Of a stretch of DNA of 64,000 nt, positions 12,667 to 27,240 are shown piece after piece. Source of the stretch: Auanema rhodensis (taxonomy: Eukaryota > Animalia > Nematoda). Location: contig OZ059895.1 of the NCBI GenBank assembly GCA_964057225.1, positions 20,832,001-20,896,000 of the forward strand. The letters run 5' to 3'. The position numbers and the translations under genes were made by a program. Position 1 is the first letter of the stretch. The number at the start of each line of letters is the position of its first letter. The notes under the pieces were generated by a model, which ran no database searches, was not told the DNA's origin, and was given only the letters and a program-made list of their open reading frames with translations.

Positions 12667-14954
12667 CCATGACTTTAAAATTTACGTGAACTTTAATTTA
12701 TGCTAATTAAGTGTACACATGATGTGCACTTGGTATGTAACTTGCTTCACGTCAAAGATAAAGAGATGCGGTTTTCAAAATTAGATTCCCCATGTCCATT
12801 TTAGTCTAAAAACGAATTTTTATTGATATTGGTGGATGGTAACCATGACTTTAAAACTTACGTGAACTTCAATTTATGCTAATTAAGTGTACACATGATG
12901 TGCACTTGGTAAGTAACTCGCTTCACGTCAAAGATAAAGAGATGCGGTTTTCAAAATTAGATTCCCCATGTCCATTTTAGTCTAAAAACAATTTTTTATC
13001 AATATTGGTGCATGGTAACCATGACTTTGAAATTTACGTGAACTTTAATTTTTGCTAATTAAGTGTACACATGCTGTGCGCTTGGTATGTAACTCTCTTC
13101 ACGTGAAAGATAAAGAGATGCGGTTTCCAAAATTAGATTCCCCATGTCCATATTAGTCTAAAAACAAATTTTTATTGATATTGGTGCATGGTAACCATGA
13201 CTTTAAAATTTACGTGAACTTTAATTTATGCTAATTAAGTGTACACATGATGTGCACTTGGTATGTAACTCGCTTCACGTCAAAGATAAAGAAATGCGGT
13301 TTTCAAAATTAGATTCCCCATGTCCATGTTAGTCTAAAAACAAATTTCTATTAATATTGGTGCATGGTAACCATGACTTTGAAATTTACGTGAACTTTAA
13401 TTTATGCTAATTAAGTGTACACATGATGTGCACTTGGTATGTAACTCGCTTCAAGTGAAAGATAAAGAGATGCGCTTTTCAAAATTAGATTTCGCATGTC
13501 CATATTAGTCTAAAAACAAATTTTTATTGATATTGGTGCATGGTAACCATGACTTTAAAATTTACGTGAACTTTAATTTATGCTAATTAAGTGTACACAT
13601 GATGTGCACTTGGTATGTAACTCGCTTCACGTCAAAGATAAAGAGATGCGGTTTTCAAAATTAGATTCCCCATGTCCATATTAGTCTAAAAACAAATTTT
13701 TATTAATATTGGTGCATGGTAACCATGACTTTGAAATTTACGTGAACTTTAATTTATGCTAATTAAGTGTACACATGATGTGCACTTGGTATGTAACTCG
13801 CTTCAAGTGAAAGATAAAGAGATGCGCTTTTCAAAATTAGATTTCGCATGTCCATATTAGTCTAAAAACAAATTTTTATTGATATTGGTGCATGGTAACC
13901 ATGACTTTAAAATTTACGTGAACTTTAATTTATGCTAATTAAGTGTACACATGATGTGCACTTGGTATGTAACTTGCTTCACGTCAAAGATAAAGAGATG
14001 CGGTTTTCAAAATTAGATTCCCCATGTCCATTTTAGTCTAAAAACGAATTTTTATTGATATTGGTGGATGGTAACCATGACTTTAAAACTTACGTGAACT
14101 TCAATTTATGCTAATTAAGTGTACACATGATGTGCACTTGGTAAGTAACTCGCTTCACGTCAAAGATAAAGAGATGCGGTTTTCAAAATTAGATTCCCCA
14201 TGTCCATTTTAGTCTAAAAACAATTTTTTATCAATATTGGTGCATGGTAACCATGACTTTGAAATTTACGTGAACTTTAATTTTTGCTAATTAAGTGTAC
14301 ACATGCTGTGCGCTTGGTATGTAACTCTCTTCACGTGAAAGATAAAGAGATGCGGTTTCCAAAATTAGATTCCCCATGTCCATATTAGTCTAAAAACAAA
14401 TTTTTATTGATATTGGTGCATGGTAACCATGACTTTAAAATTTACGTGAACTTTAATTTATGCTAATTAAGTGTACACATGATGTGCACTTGGTATGTAA
14501 CTCGCTTCACGTCAAAGATAAAGAAATGCGGTTTTCAAAATTAGATTCCCCATGTCCATGTTAGTCTAAAAACAAATTTCTATTAATATTGGTGCATGGT
14601 AACCATGACTTTGAAATTTACGTGAACTTTAATTTATGCTAATTAAGTGTACACATGATGTGCACTTGGTATGTAACTCGCTTCAAGTGAAAGATAAAGA
14701 GATGCGCTTTTCAAAATTAGATTTCGCATGTCCATATTAGTCTAAAAACAAATTTTTATTGATATTGGTGCATGGTAACCATGACTTTAAAATTTACGTG
14801 AACTTTAATTTATGCTAATTAAGTGTACACATGATGTGCACTTGGTATGTAACTCGCTTCACGTCAAAGATAAAGAGATGCGGTTTTCAAAATTAGATTC
14901 CCCATGTCCATATTAGTCTAAAAACAAATTTTTATTAATATTGGTGCATGGTAA
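12667..14954 (+). repeat. 7-monomer (1232 bp) tandem duplication
   Basis: The AACTTGCTTC/GGTGGATGG monomer occurs at 12667 and 13899, followed by the same series of variant monomers. Confidence 0.8.
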
Positions 14955-17900
14955 CCATGACTTTGAAATTTACGTGAACTTTAATTTATGCTAATTAAGT
15001 GTACACATGATGTGCACTTGGTATGTAACTCGCTTCACGTCAAAGATAAAAAGATGAGGTTTTCAAAATTAGATTCCCCATGTCCATATTAGTCTAAAAA
15101 CAAATTTTTATTAATATTGGTGCATGGTAACCATGACTTTGAAATTTACGTGAACTCTAATTTATGCTAATTAAGTGTACACATGATGTGCGCTTGGTAT
15201 GTAACTCGCTTCACGTGAAAGATAAAGAGATGCGGTTTTCAAAATTAGATTCCTCATGTCCATATTAGTCTAAAAACGAATTTTTATTGATATTGGTGCA
15301 TGGCAACCATGACTTTAAAATTTACGTGAACTTTAATTTATGCTAATTAAGTGTACACATGATGTGCACTTGGTATGTAACTCGCTTCACTCAAAGATAA
15401 AGAGATGCGGTTTTCAAAATTAGATTCCCCATGTCCATATTAGTCTAAAAACAAATTTTTATTAATATTGGTGCATGGTAACTATGACTTTGAAATTTAC
15501 GTGAACTTTAATTTATGCTAATTAAGTGTACACATGATGTGCACTTGGTATGTAACTCGCTTCAAGTGAAAGATAAAGAGATGCGCTTTTCAAAATTAGA
15601 TTTCGCATGTCCATATTAGTCTAAAAACAAATTTTTATTGATATTGGTGCATGGTAACCATGACTTTAAAATTTACGTGAACTTTAATTTATGCTAATTA
15701 AGTGTACACATGATGTGCACTTGGTATGTAACTCGCTTCACGTCAAAGATAAAGAGATGCGGTTTTGAAAATTAGATTCCCCATGTCCATATTAGTCTAA
15801 AAACAAATTTTTATTAATATTGGTGCATGGTAACCATGACTTTGAAATTTACGTGAACTTTAATTTATGCTAATTAAGTGTACACATGATGTGCACTTGG
15901 TAAGTAACTCGCTTCACGTCAAAGATAAAGAGATGCGGTTTTGAAAATTAGATTCCCCATGTCCATATTAGTCTAAAAACAAATTTTTATTAATATTGGT
16001 GCATGGTAACCATGACTTTGAAATTTACGTGAACTTTAATTTATGCTAATTAAGTGTACACATGATGTGCACTTGGTAAGTAACTCGCTTCACGTCAAAG
16101 ATAAAGAGATGCGGTTTTCAAAATTAGATTCCCCATGTCCATGTTAGTCTAAAAACAATTTTTTATCAATATTGGTGCATGGTAACTATGACTTTGAAAT
16201 TTACGTGAACTTTAATTTATGCTAATTAAGTGTACACATGATGTGCGCTTGGTATGTAACTCTCTTCACGTGAAAGATAAAGAGATGCGGTTTCCAAAAT
16301 TAGATTCCCCATGTCCATATTAGTCTAAAAACAAATTTTTATTGATATTGGTGCATGGTAACCATGACTTTAAAATTTACGTGAACTTTAATTTATGCTA
16401 ATTAAGTGTACACATGATGTGCACTTGGTATGTAACTCGCTTCACGTCAAAGATAAAGAAATGCGGTTTTCAAAATTAGATTCCCCATGTCCATGTTAGT
16501 CTAAAAACAAATTTCTATTAATATTGGTGCATGGTAACCATGACTTTGAAATTTACGTGAACTTTAATTTATGCTAATTAAGTGTACACATGATGTGCAC
16601 TTGGTATGTAACTCGCTTCAAGTGAAAGATAAAGAGATGCGCTTTTCAAAATTAGATTTCGCATGTCCATATTAGTCTAAAAACAAATTTTTATTGATAT
16701 TGGTGCATGGTAACCATGACTTTAAAATTTACGTGAACTTTAATTTATGCTAATTAAGTGTACACATGATGTGCACTTGGTATGTAACTCGCTTCACGTC
16801 AAAGATAAAGAGATGCGGTTTTCAAAATTAGATTCCCCATGTCCATATTAGTCTAAAAACAAATTTTTATTAATATTGGTGCATGGTAACCATGACTTTG
16901 AAATTTACGTGAACTTTAATTTATGCTAATTAAGTGTACACATGATGTGCACTTGGTATGTAACTCGCTTCACGTCAAAGATAAAAAGATGAGGTTTTCA
17001 AAATTAGATTCCCCATGTCCATATTAGTCTAAAAACAAATTTTTATTAATATTGGTGCATGGTAACCATGACTTTGAAATTTACGTGAACTCTAATTTAT
17101 GCTAATTAAGTGTACACATGATGTGCGCTTGGTATGTAACTCGCTTCACGTGAAAGATAAAGAGATGCGGTTTTCAAAATTAGATTCCTCATGTCCATAT
17201 TAGTCTAAAAACGAATTTTTATTGATATTGGTGCATGGCAACCATGACTTTAAAATTTACGTGAACTTTAATTTATGCTAATTAAGTGTACACATGATGT
17301 GCACTTGGTATGTAACTCGCTTCACTCAAAGATAAAGAGATGCGGTTTTCAAAATTAGATTCCCCATGTCCATATTAGTCTAAAAACAAATTTTTATTAA
17401 TATTGGTGCATGGTAACTATGACTTTGAAATTTACGTGAACTTTAATTTATGCTAATTAAGTGTACACATGATGTGCACTTGGTATGTAACTCGCTTCAA
17501 GTGAAAGATAAAGAGATGCGCTTTTCAAAATTAGATTTCGCATGTCCATATTAGTCTAAAAACAAATTTTTATTGATATTGGTGCATGGTAACCATGACT
17601 TTAAAATTTACGTGAACTTTAATTTATGCTAATTAAGTGTACACATGATGTGCACTTGGTATGTAACTCGCTTCACGTCAAAGATAAAGAGATGCGGTTT
17701 TGAAAATTAGATTCCCCATGTCCATATTAGTCTAAAAACAAATTTTTATTAATATTGGTGCATGGTAACCATGACTTTGAAATTTACGTGAACTTTAATT
17801 TATGCTAATTAAGTGTACACATGATGTGCACTTGGTAAGTAACTCGCTTCACGTCAAAGATAAAGAGATGCGGTTTTGAAAATTAGATTCCCCATGTCCA

Positions 17901-18120
17901 TATTAGTCTAAAAACAAATTTTTATTAATATTGGTGCATGGTAACCATGACTTTGAAATTTACGTGAACTTTAATTTATGCTAATTAAGTGTACACATGA
18001 TGTGCACTTGGTAAGTAACTCGCTTCACGTCAAAGATAAAGAGATGCGGTTTTCAAAATTAGATTCCCCATGTCCATGTTAGTCTAAAAACAATTTTTTA
18101 TCAATATTGGTGCATGGTAA
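14251..18120 (+). repeat. 11-monomer (1935 bp) tandem duplication
   Basis: The private SNP GAACTCTAA is at 15157 and 17092 (offset 11x176-1), with the same surrounding monomer order. Confidence 0.85.
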
Positions 18121-20758
18121 CTATGACTTTGAAATTTACGTGAACTTTAATTTATGCTAATTAAGTGTACACATGATGTGCACTTGGTATGTAACTCGCT
18201 TCAAGTGAAAGATAAAGAGATGCGCTTTTCAAAATTAGATTTCGCATGTCCATATTAGTCTAAAAACAAATTTTTATTGATATTGGTGCATGGTAACCAT
18301 GACTTTAAAATTTACGTGAACTTTAATTTATGCTAATTAAGTGTACACATGATGTGCACTTGGTATGTAACTCGCTTCACGTCAAAGATAAAGAGATGCG
18401 GTTTTCAAAATTAGATTCCCCATGTCCATATTAGTCTAAAAACAAATTTTTATTAATATTGGTGCATGGTAACCATGACTTTGAAATTTACGTGAACTTT
18501 AATTTATGCTAATTAAGTGTACACATGATGTGCACTTGGTATGTAACTCGCTTCACGTCAAAGATAAAAAGATGAGGTTTTCAAAATTAGATTCCCCATG
18601 TCCATATTAGTCTAAAAACAAATTTTTATTAATATTGGTGCATGGTAACCATGACTTTGAAATTTACGTGAACTTTAATTTATGCTAATTAAGTGTACAC
18701 ATGATGTGCGCTTGGTATGTAACTCGCTTCACGTGAAAGATAAAGAGATGCGGTTTCCAAAATTAGATTCCCCATGTCCATATTAGTCTAAAAACAAATT
18801 TTTATTGATATTGGTGCATGGCAACCATGACTTTAAAATTTACGTGAACTTTAATTTATGCTAATTAAGTGTACACATGATGTGCACTTGGTATGTAACT
18901 CGCTTCACTCAAAGATAAAGAGATGCGGTTTTCAAAATTAGATTCCCCATGTCCATATTAGTCTAAAAACAAATTTTTATTGATATTGGTGCATGGTAAC
19001 CATGACTTTAAAATTTATGTGAACTTTAATTTATGCTAATTAAGTGTACACATGATGTGCACTTGGTATGTAACTCGCTTCACGTCAAAGATAAAGAGAT
19101 GCGGTTTTCAAAATTAGATTCCCCATGTCCATATTAGTCTAAAAACAAATTTTTATGAATATTGGTGCATGGTAACCATGACTTTGAAATTTACGTGAAC
19201 TTTAATTTATGCTAATTAAGTGTACACATGATGTGCACTTGGTATGTAACTCGCTTCACGTCAAAGATAAAGAGATGCGGTTTTGAAAATTAGATTCCCC
19301 ATGTCCATATTAGTCTAAAAACAAATTTTTATTAATATTGGTGCATGGTAACCATGACTTTGAAATTTACGTGAACTTTAATTTATGCTAATTAAGTGTA
19401 CACATGATGTGCACTTGGTAAGTAACTCGCTTCACGTCAAAGATAAAGAGATGCGGTTTTCAAAATTAGATTCCCCATGTCCATATTAGTCTAAAAACAA
19501 TTTTTTATCAATATTGGTGCATGGTAACCATGACTTTGAAATTTACGTGAACTTTAATTTTTGCTAATTAAGTGTACACATGCTGTGCGCTTGGTATGTA
19601 ACTCTCTTCACGTGAAAGATAAAGAGATGCGGTTTCCAAAATTAGATTCCCCATGTCCATATTAGTCTAAAAACAAATTTTTATTGATATTGGTGCATGG
19701 TAACCATGACTTTAAAATTTACGTGAACTTTAATTTATGCTAATTAAGTGTACACATGATGTGCACTTGGTATGTAACTCGCTTCACGTCAAAGATAAAG
19801 AAATGCGGTTTTCAAAATTAGATTCCCCATGTCCATGTTAGTCTAAAAACAAATTTCTATTAATATTGGTGCATGGTAACTATGACTTTGAAATTTACGT
19901 GAACTTTAATTTATGCTAATTAAGTGTACACATGATGTGCACTTGGTATGTAACTCGCTTCAAGTGAAAGATAAAGAGATGCGCTTTTCAAAATTAGATT
20001 TCGCATGTCCATATTAGTCTAAAAACAAATTTTTATTGATATTGGTGCATGGTAACCATGACTTTAAAATTTACGTGAACTTTAATTTATGCTAATTAAG
20101 TGTACACATGATGTGCACTTGGTATGTAACTCGCTTCACGTCAAAGATAAAGAGATGCGGTTTTCAAAATTAGATTCCCCATGTCCATATTAGTCTAAAA
20201 ACAAATTTTTATTAATATTGGTGCATGGTAACCATGACTTTGAAATTTACGTGAACTTTAATTTATGCTAATTAAGTGTACACATGATGTGCACTTGGTA
20301 TGTAACTCGCTTCACGTCAAAGATAAAAAGATGAGGTTTTCAAAATTAGATTCCCCATGTCCATATTAGTCTAAAAACAAATTTTTATTAATATTGGTGC
20401 ATGGTAACCATGACTTTGAAATTTACGTGAACTTTAATTTATGCTAATTAAGTGTACACATGATGTGCGCTTGGTATGTAACTCGCTTCACGTGAAAGAT
20501 AAAGAGATGCGGTTTCCAAAATTAGATTCCCCATGTCCATATTAGTCTAAAAACAAATTTTTATTGATATTGGTGCATGGCAACCATGACTTTAAAATTT
20601 ACGTGAACTTTAATTTATGCTAATTAAGTGTACACATGATGTGCACTTGGTATGTAACTCGCTTCACTCAAAGATAAAGAGATGCGGTTTTCAAAATTAG
20701 ATTCCCCATGTCCATATTAGTCTAAAAACAATTTTTTATCAATATTGGTGCATGGTAA

Positions 20759-23700
20759 CCATGACTTTGAAATTTACGTGAACTTTAATTTATGCTAATT
20801 AAGTGTACACATGATGTGCGCTTGGTATGTAACTCTCTTCACGTGAAAGATAAAGAGATGCGGTTTTCAAAATTAGATTCCTCATGTCCATATTAGTCTG
20901 AAAACGAATTTTTATTGATATTAATGCATGGTAACCATGACTTTAAAATTTACGTGAACTTTAATTTATGCTAATTAAGTGTACACATGATATGCACTTG
21001 GTATGTAACTCGCTTCACGTCAAAGATAAAGAGATGCGGTTTTCAAAATTAGATTCCCCATGTCCATTTTAGTCTAAAAACGAATTTTTATTGATATTGG
21101 TGGATGGTAACCATGACTTTAAAACTTACGTGAACTTTAATTTATGCTAATTAAGTGTACACATGATGTGCACTTGGTATGTAACTCGCTTCACGTGAAA
21201 GATGAAGAGATGCGGTTTTCAAAATTAGATTCCCCATGTCCATATTAGTCTAAAAACAAATTTTTATTAATATTGGTGCATGATAACCATGACTTTGAAA
21301 TTTACGTGAACTTTAATTTATGCTAATTAAGTGTACACATGATGTGCACTTGGTATGTAACTCGCTTCACGTGAAAGATAAAGAGATGCGGTTTTCCAAA
21401 TTAGATTTCGCATGTCCATATTAGTCTAAAAACAAATTTTTATTGATATTGGTGCATGGTAACCATGACTTTGAAATTTACGTGAACTTTAATTTATGCT
21501 AATTAAGTGTACACATGATGTGCACTTGGTATGTAACTCGCTTCACGTGAAAGATGAAGAGATGCGGTTTTCAAAATTAGATTCCTCATGTCCATATTAG
21601 TCTAAAAACGAATTTTTATTGATATTGATGCATGGTAACCATGACTTTGAAATTTACGTGAACTTTAATTTATGCTAATTAAGTGTACACATGATGTGCA
21701 CTTGGTATGTAACTCGCTTCACGTCACAGATAAAGAGATGCGGTTTTCAAAATTAGATTCCCCATGTCCATATTAGTCTAAAAACGAATTTTTATTGATA
21801 TTGATGCATGGTAACCATTACTTTGAAATTTACGTGAACTTTAATTTATGCTAATTAAGTGTACACATGATGTGCACTTGGTATGTAACTCGCTTCACGT
21901 CACAGATAAAGAGATGCGGTTTTCAAAATTAGATTCCCCATGTCCATATTAGTCTAAAAACAAATTTTTATTGATATTGATGCATGGTAACCATGACTTT
22001 AAAATTTACGTGAACTTCAATTTATGCTAATTAAGTGTACACGTGATGTGCACTTGGTATGTAACTCGCTTCACGTGAAAGATGAAGAGATGCGGTTTTC
22101 AAAATTAGATTCCTCATGTCCATATTAGTCTAAAAACGAATTTTTATTGATATTGATGCATGGTAACCATGACTTTGAAATTTACGTGAACTTTAATTTA
22201 TGCTTATTAAGTGTACACGTGATGTGCACTTGGTATGTAACTCGCTTCACGTGAAATATAAAGGGATGCGGTTTTCAAAATTAGATTCCCCATGTCCATA
22301 TTAGTCTAAAAACAAACTTTTATTGATATTGGTGCATGGTAACCATGACTTTAAAATTTACGTGAACTTTAATTTATGCTAATTAAGTGTACACATGATG
22401 TGCACTTGGTATGTAACTCGCTTCACGTGAAAGATGAAGAGATGCGGTTTTCAAAATTAGATTCCCCATGTCCATATTAGTCTAAAAACAAATTTTTATT
22501 AATATTGGTGCATGATAACCATGACTTTGAAATTTACGTGAACTTTAATTTATGCTAATTAAGTGTACACATGATGTGCACTTGGTATGTAACTCGCTTC
22601 ACGTGAAAGATAAAGAGATGCGGTTTTCCAAATTAGATTTCGCATGTCCATATTAGTCTAAAAACAAATTTTTATTGATATTGGTGCATGGTAACCATGA
22701 CTTTGAAATTTACGTGAACTTTAATTTATGCTAATTAAGTGTACACATGATGTGCACTTGGTATGTAACTCGCTTCACGTGAAAGATGAAGAGATGCGGT
22801 TTTCAAAATTAGATTCCTCATGTCCATATTAGTCTAAAAACGAATTTTTATTGATATTGATGCATGGTAACCATGACTTTGAAATTTACGTGAACTTTAA
22901 TTTATGCTAATTAAGTGTACACATGATGTGCACTTGGTATGTAACTCGCTTCACGTCACAGATAAAGAGATGCGGTTTTCAAAATTAGATTCCCCATGTC
23001 CATATTAGTCTAAAAACGAATTTTTATTGATATTGGTGAATGGTAACCATGACTTTAAAATTTACGTGAACTTCAATTTATGCTAATTAAGTGTACACGT
23101 GATGTGCACTTGGTATGTAACTCGCTTCACGTGAAAGATAAAGGGATGCGGTTTTCAAAATTAGATTCCCCATGTCCATATTAGTCTAAAAACAAATTTT
23201 TATTGATATTGATGCATGGTAACCATGACTTTAAAATTTACGTGAACTTCAATTTATGCTAATTAAGTGTACACGTGATGTGCACTTGGTATGTAACTCG
23301 CTTCACGTGAAAGATGAAGAGATGCGGTTTTCAAAATTAGATTCCTCATGTCCATATTAGTCTAAAAACGAATTTTTATTGATATTGATGCATGGTAACC
23401 ATGACTTTGAAATTTACGTGAACTTTAATTTATGCTTATTAAGTGTACACGTGATGTGCACTTGGTATGTAACTCGCTTCACGTGAAATATAAAGGGATG
23501 CGGTTTTCAAAATTAGATTCCCCATGTCCATATTAGTCTAAAAACAAACTTTTATTGATATTGGTGCATGGTAACCATGACTTTAAAATTTACGTGAACT
23601 TTAATTTATGCTAATTAAGTGTACACATGATGTGCACTTGGTATGTAACTCGCTTCACGTGAAAGATAAAGAGATGCGGTTTTCAAAATAGATTCCCCAT

Positions 23701-26700
23701 TTCCATATTAGTCTAAAAACAAATTTTTATTGATATTGGTGCATGGCAACCATGACTTTGAAATTTACGTGAACTTTAATTTATGCTTATTAAGTGTACA
23801 CGTGATGTGCACTTGGTATGTAACTCGCTTCACGTGAAAGATGAAGAGATGCGGTTTTCAAAATTAGATTCCCCATGTCCATATTAGTCTAAAAACAAAT
23901 TTTTATTGATATTGGTGCATGGCAACCATGACTTTGAAATTTACGTGAACTTTAATTTATGCTTATTAAGTGTACACGTGATGTGCACTTGGTATGTAAC
24001 TCGCTTCACGTGAAAGATGAAGAGATGCGGTTTTCAAAATTAGATTCCCCATGTCCATATTAGTCTAAAAACAAATTTTTGTTGATATTGGTGGATGGTA
24101 ACCATGACTTTGAAATTTACGTGAACTTTAATTTATGCTAATTAAGTGTACACATGATGTGCACTTGGTATGTAACTCGCTTCACGTGAAAGATAAAGAG
24201 ATGCGGTTTTCAAAATTAGATTCCCCATTTCCATATTAGTCTAAAAACAAATTTTTATTGATATTGGTGCATGGCAACCATGACTTTAAAATTTACGTGA
24301 ACTTTAATTTATGCTAATTAAGTGTACACATGATGTGCACTTGGTATGTAACTCGCTTCACGTCAAAGATAAAGAGATGCGGTTTTCAAAATTAGATTCC
24401 CCATGTCCATATTAGTCTAAAAACAAATTTTTATTGATATTGGTGCATGGCAACCATGACTTTAAAATTTACGTGAACTTTAATTTATGCTAATTAAGTG
24501 TACACATGATGTGCACTTGGTATGTAACTCGCTTCACGTCAAAGATAAAGAGATGCGGTTTTCAAAATTAGATTCCCCATGTCCATATTAGTCTAAAAAC
24601 AATTTTTTATCAATATTGGTGCATGGTAACCATGACTTTGAAATTTACGTGAACTTTAATTTATGCTAATTAAGTGTACACATGATGTGCGCTTGGTATG
24701 TAACTCTCTTCACGTGAAAGATAAAGAGATGCGGTTTTCAAAATTAGATTCCTCATGTCCATATTAGTCTGAAAACGAATTTTTATTGATATTAATGCAT
24801 GGTAACCATGACTTTAAAATTTACGTGAACTTTAATTTATGCTAATTAAGTGTACACATGATATGCACTTGGTATGTAACTCGCTTCACGTCAAAGATAA
24901 AGAGATGCGGTTTTCAAAATTAGATTCCCCATGTCCATTTTAGTCTAAAAACGAATTTTTATTGATATTGGTGGATGGTAACCATGACTTTAAAACTTAC
25001 GTGAACTTTAATTTATGCTAATTAAGTGTACACATGATGTGCACTTGGTATGTAACTCGCTTCACGTGAAAGATGAAGAGATGCGGTTTTCAAAATTAGA
25101 TTCCCCATGTCCATATTAGTCTAAAAACAAATTTTTATTAATATTGGTGCATGATAACCATGACTTTGAAATTTACGTGAACTTTAATTTATGCTAATTA
25201 AGTGTACACATGATGTGCACTTGGTATGTAACTCGCTTCACGTGAAAGATAAAGAGATGCGGTTTTCCAAATTAGATTTCGCATGTCCATATTAGTCTAA
25301 AAACAAATTTTTATTGATATTGGTGCATGGTAACCATGACTTTGAAATTTACGTGAACTTTAATTTATGCTAATTAAGTGTACACATGATGTGCACTTGG
25401 TATGTAACTCGCTTCACGTGAAAGATGAAGAGATGCGGTTTTCAAAATTAGATTCCTCATGTCCATATTAGTCTAAAAACGAATTTTTATTGATATTGAT
25501 GCATGGTAACCATTACTTTGAAATTTACGTGAACTTTAATTTATGCTAATTAAGTGTACACATGATGTGCACTTGGTATGTAACTCGCTTCACGTCACAG
25601 ATAAAGAGATGCGGTTTTCAAAATTAGATTCCCCATGTCCATATTAGTCTAAAAACGAATTTTTATTGATATTGGTGAATGGTAACCATGACTTTAAAAT
25701 TTACGTGAACTTCAATTTATGCTAATTAAGTGTACACGTGATGTGCACTTGGTATGTAACTCGCTTCACGTGAAAGATAAAGGGATGCGGTTTTCAAAAT
25801 TAGATTCCCCATGTCCATATTAGTCTAAAAACAAATTTTTATTGATATTGATGCATGGTAACCATGACTTTAAAATTTACGTGAACTTCAATTTATGCTA
25901 ATTAAGTGTACACGTGATGTGCACTTGGTATGTAACTCGCTTCACGTGAAAGATGAAGAGATGCGGTTTTCAAAATTAGATTCCTCATGTCCATATTAGT
26001 CTAAAAACGAATTTTTATTGATATTGATGCATGGTAACCATGACTTTGAAATTTACGTGAACTTTAATTTATGCTTATTAAGTGTACACGTGATGTGCAC
26101 TTGGTATGTAACTCGCTTCACGTGAAATATAAAGGGATGCGGTTTTCAAAATTAGATTCCCCATGTCCATATTAGTCTAAAAACAAACTTTTATTGATAT
26201 TGGTGCATGGTAACCATGACTTTAAAATTTACGTGAACTTTAATTTATGCTAATTAAGTGTACACATGATGTGCACTTGGTATGTAACTCGCTTCACGTG
26301 AAAGATAAAGAGATGCGGTTTTCAAAATAGATTCCCCATTTCCATATTAGTCTAAAAACAAATTTTTATTGATATTGGTGCATGGCAACCATGACTTTGA
26401 AATTTACGTGAACTTTAATTTATGCTTATTAAGTGTACACGTGATGTGCACTTGGTATGTAACTCGCTTCACGTGAAAGATGAAGAGATGCGGTTTTCAA
26501 AATTAGATTCCCCATGTCCATATTAGTCTAAAAACAAATTTTTATTGATATTGGTGCATGGCAACCATGACTTTGAAATTTACGTGAACTTTAATTTATG
26601 CTTATTAAGTGTACACGTGATGTGCACTTGGTATGTAACTCGCTTCACGTGAAAGATGAAGAGATGCGGTTTTCAAAATTAGATTCCCCATGTCCATATT

Positions 26701-27240
26701 AGTCTAAAAACAAATTTTTGTTGATATTGGTGGATGGTAACCATGACTTTGAAATTTACGTGAACTTTAATTTATGCTAATTAAGTGTACACATGATGTG
26801 CACTTGGTATGTAACTCGCTTCACGTGAAAGATAAAGAGATGCGGTTTTCAAAATTAGATTCCCCATTTCCATATTAGTCTAAAAACAAATTTTTATTGA
26901 TATTGGTGCATGGCAACCATGACTTTAAAATTTACGTGAACTTTAATTTATGCTAATTAAGTGTACACATGATGTGCACTTGGTATGTAACTCGCTTCAC
27001 GTCAAAGATAAAGAGATGCGGTTTTCAAAATTAGATTCCCCATGTCCATATTAGTCTAAAAACAAATTTTTATTGATATTGGTGCATGGCAACCATGACT
27101 TTAAAATTTACGTGAACTTTAATTTATGCTAATTAAGTGTACACATGATGTGCACTTGGTATGTAACTCGCTTCACGTCAAAGATAAAGAGATGCGGTTT
27201 TCAAAATTAGATTCCCCATGTCCATATTAGTCTAAAAACA
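20759..27240 (+). repeat. 15-monomer (2639 bp) higher-order repeat; first copy has an internal duplication of about 7 monomers
   Basis: Offset 2639: GGTGAATGG 23039/25678, TTTTGTTG 24081/26720, CATGATAAC 22515/25154. CATGATAAC also at 21283 (1232 before 22515). GTCTGAAAA at 20900/24771 (offset 3871). Confidence 0.85.

Larger units (their letters stand above)
1..20758 (+). repeat. Satellite subdomain A (118 monomers)
   Basis: Private variants: G85 deletion TTCACTCAAAG (10 copies), TTCAAGTG with GCGCTTTT, GGTAAGTAAC, GAAATGCGG, CATGCTGTGCGC, GGTTTTGAAAA, AAAAGATGAGG. 118x176-10=20758 matches the monomer start at 20759. Confidence 0.9.
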
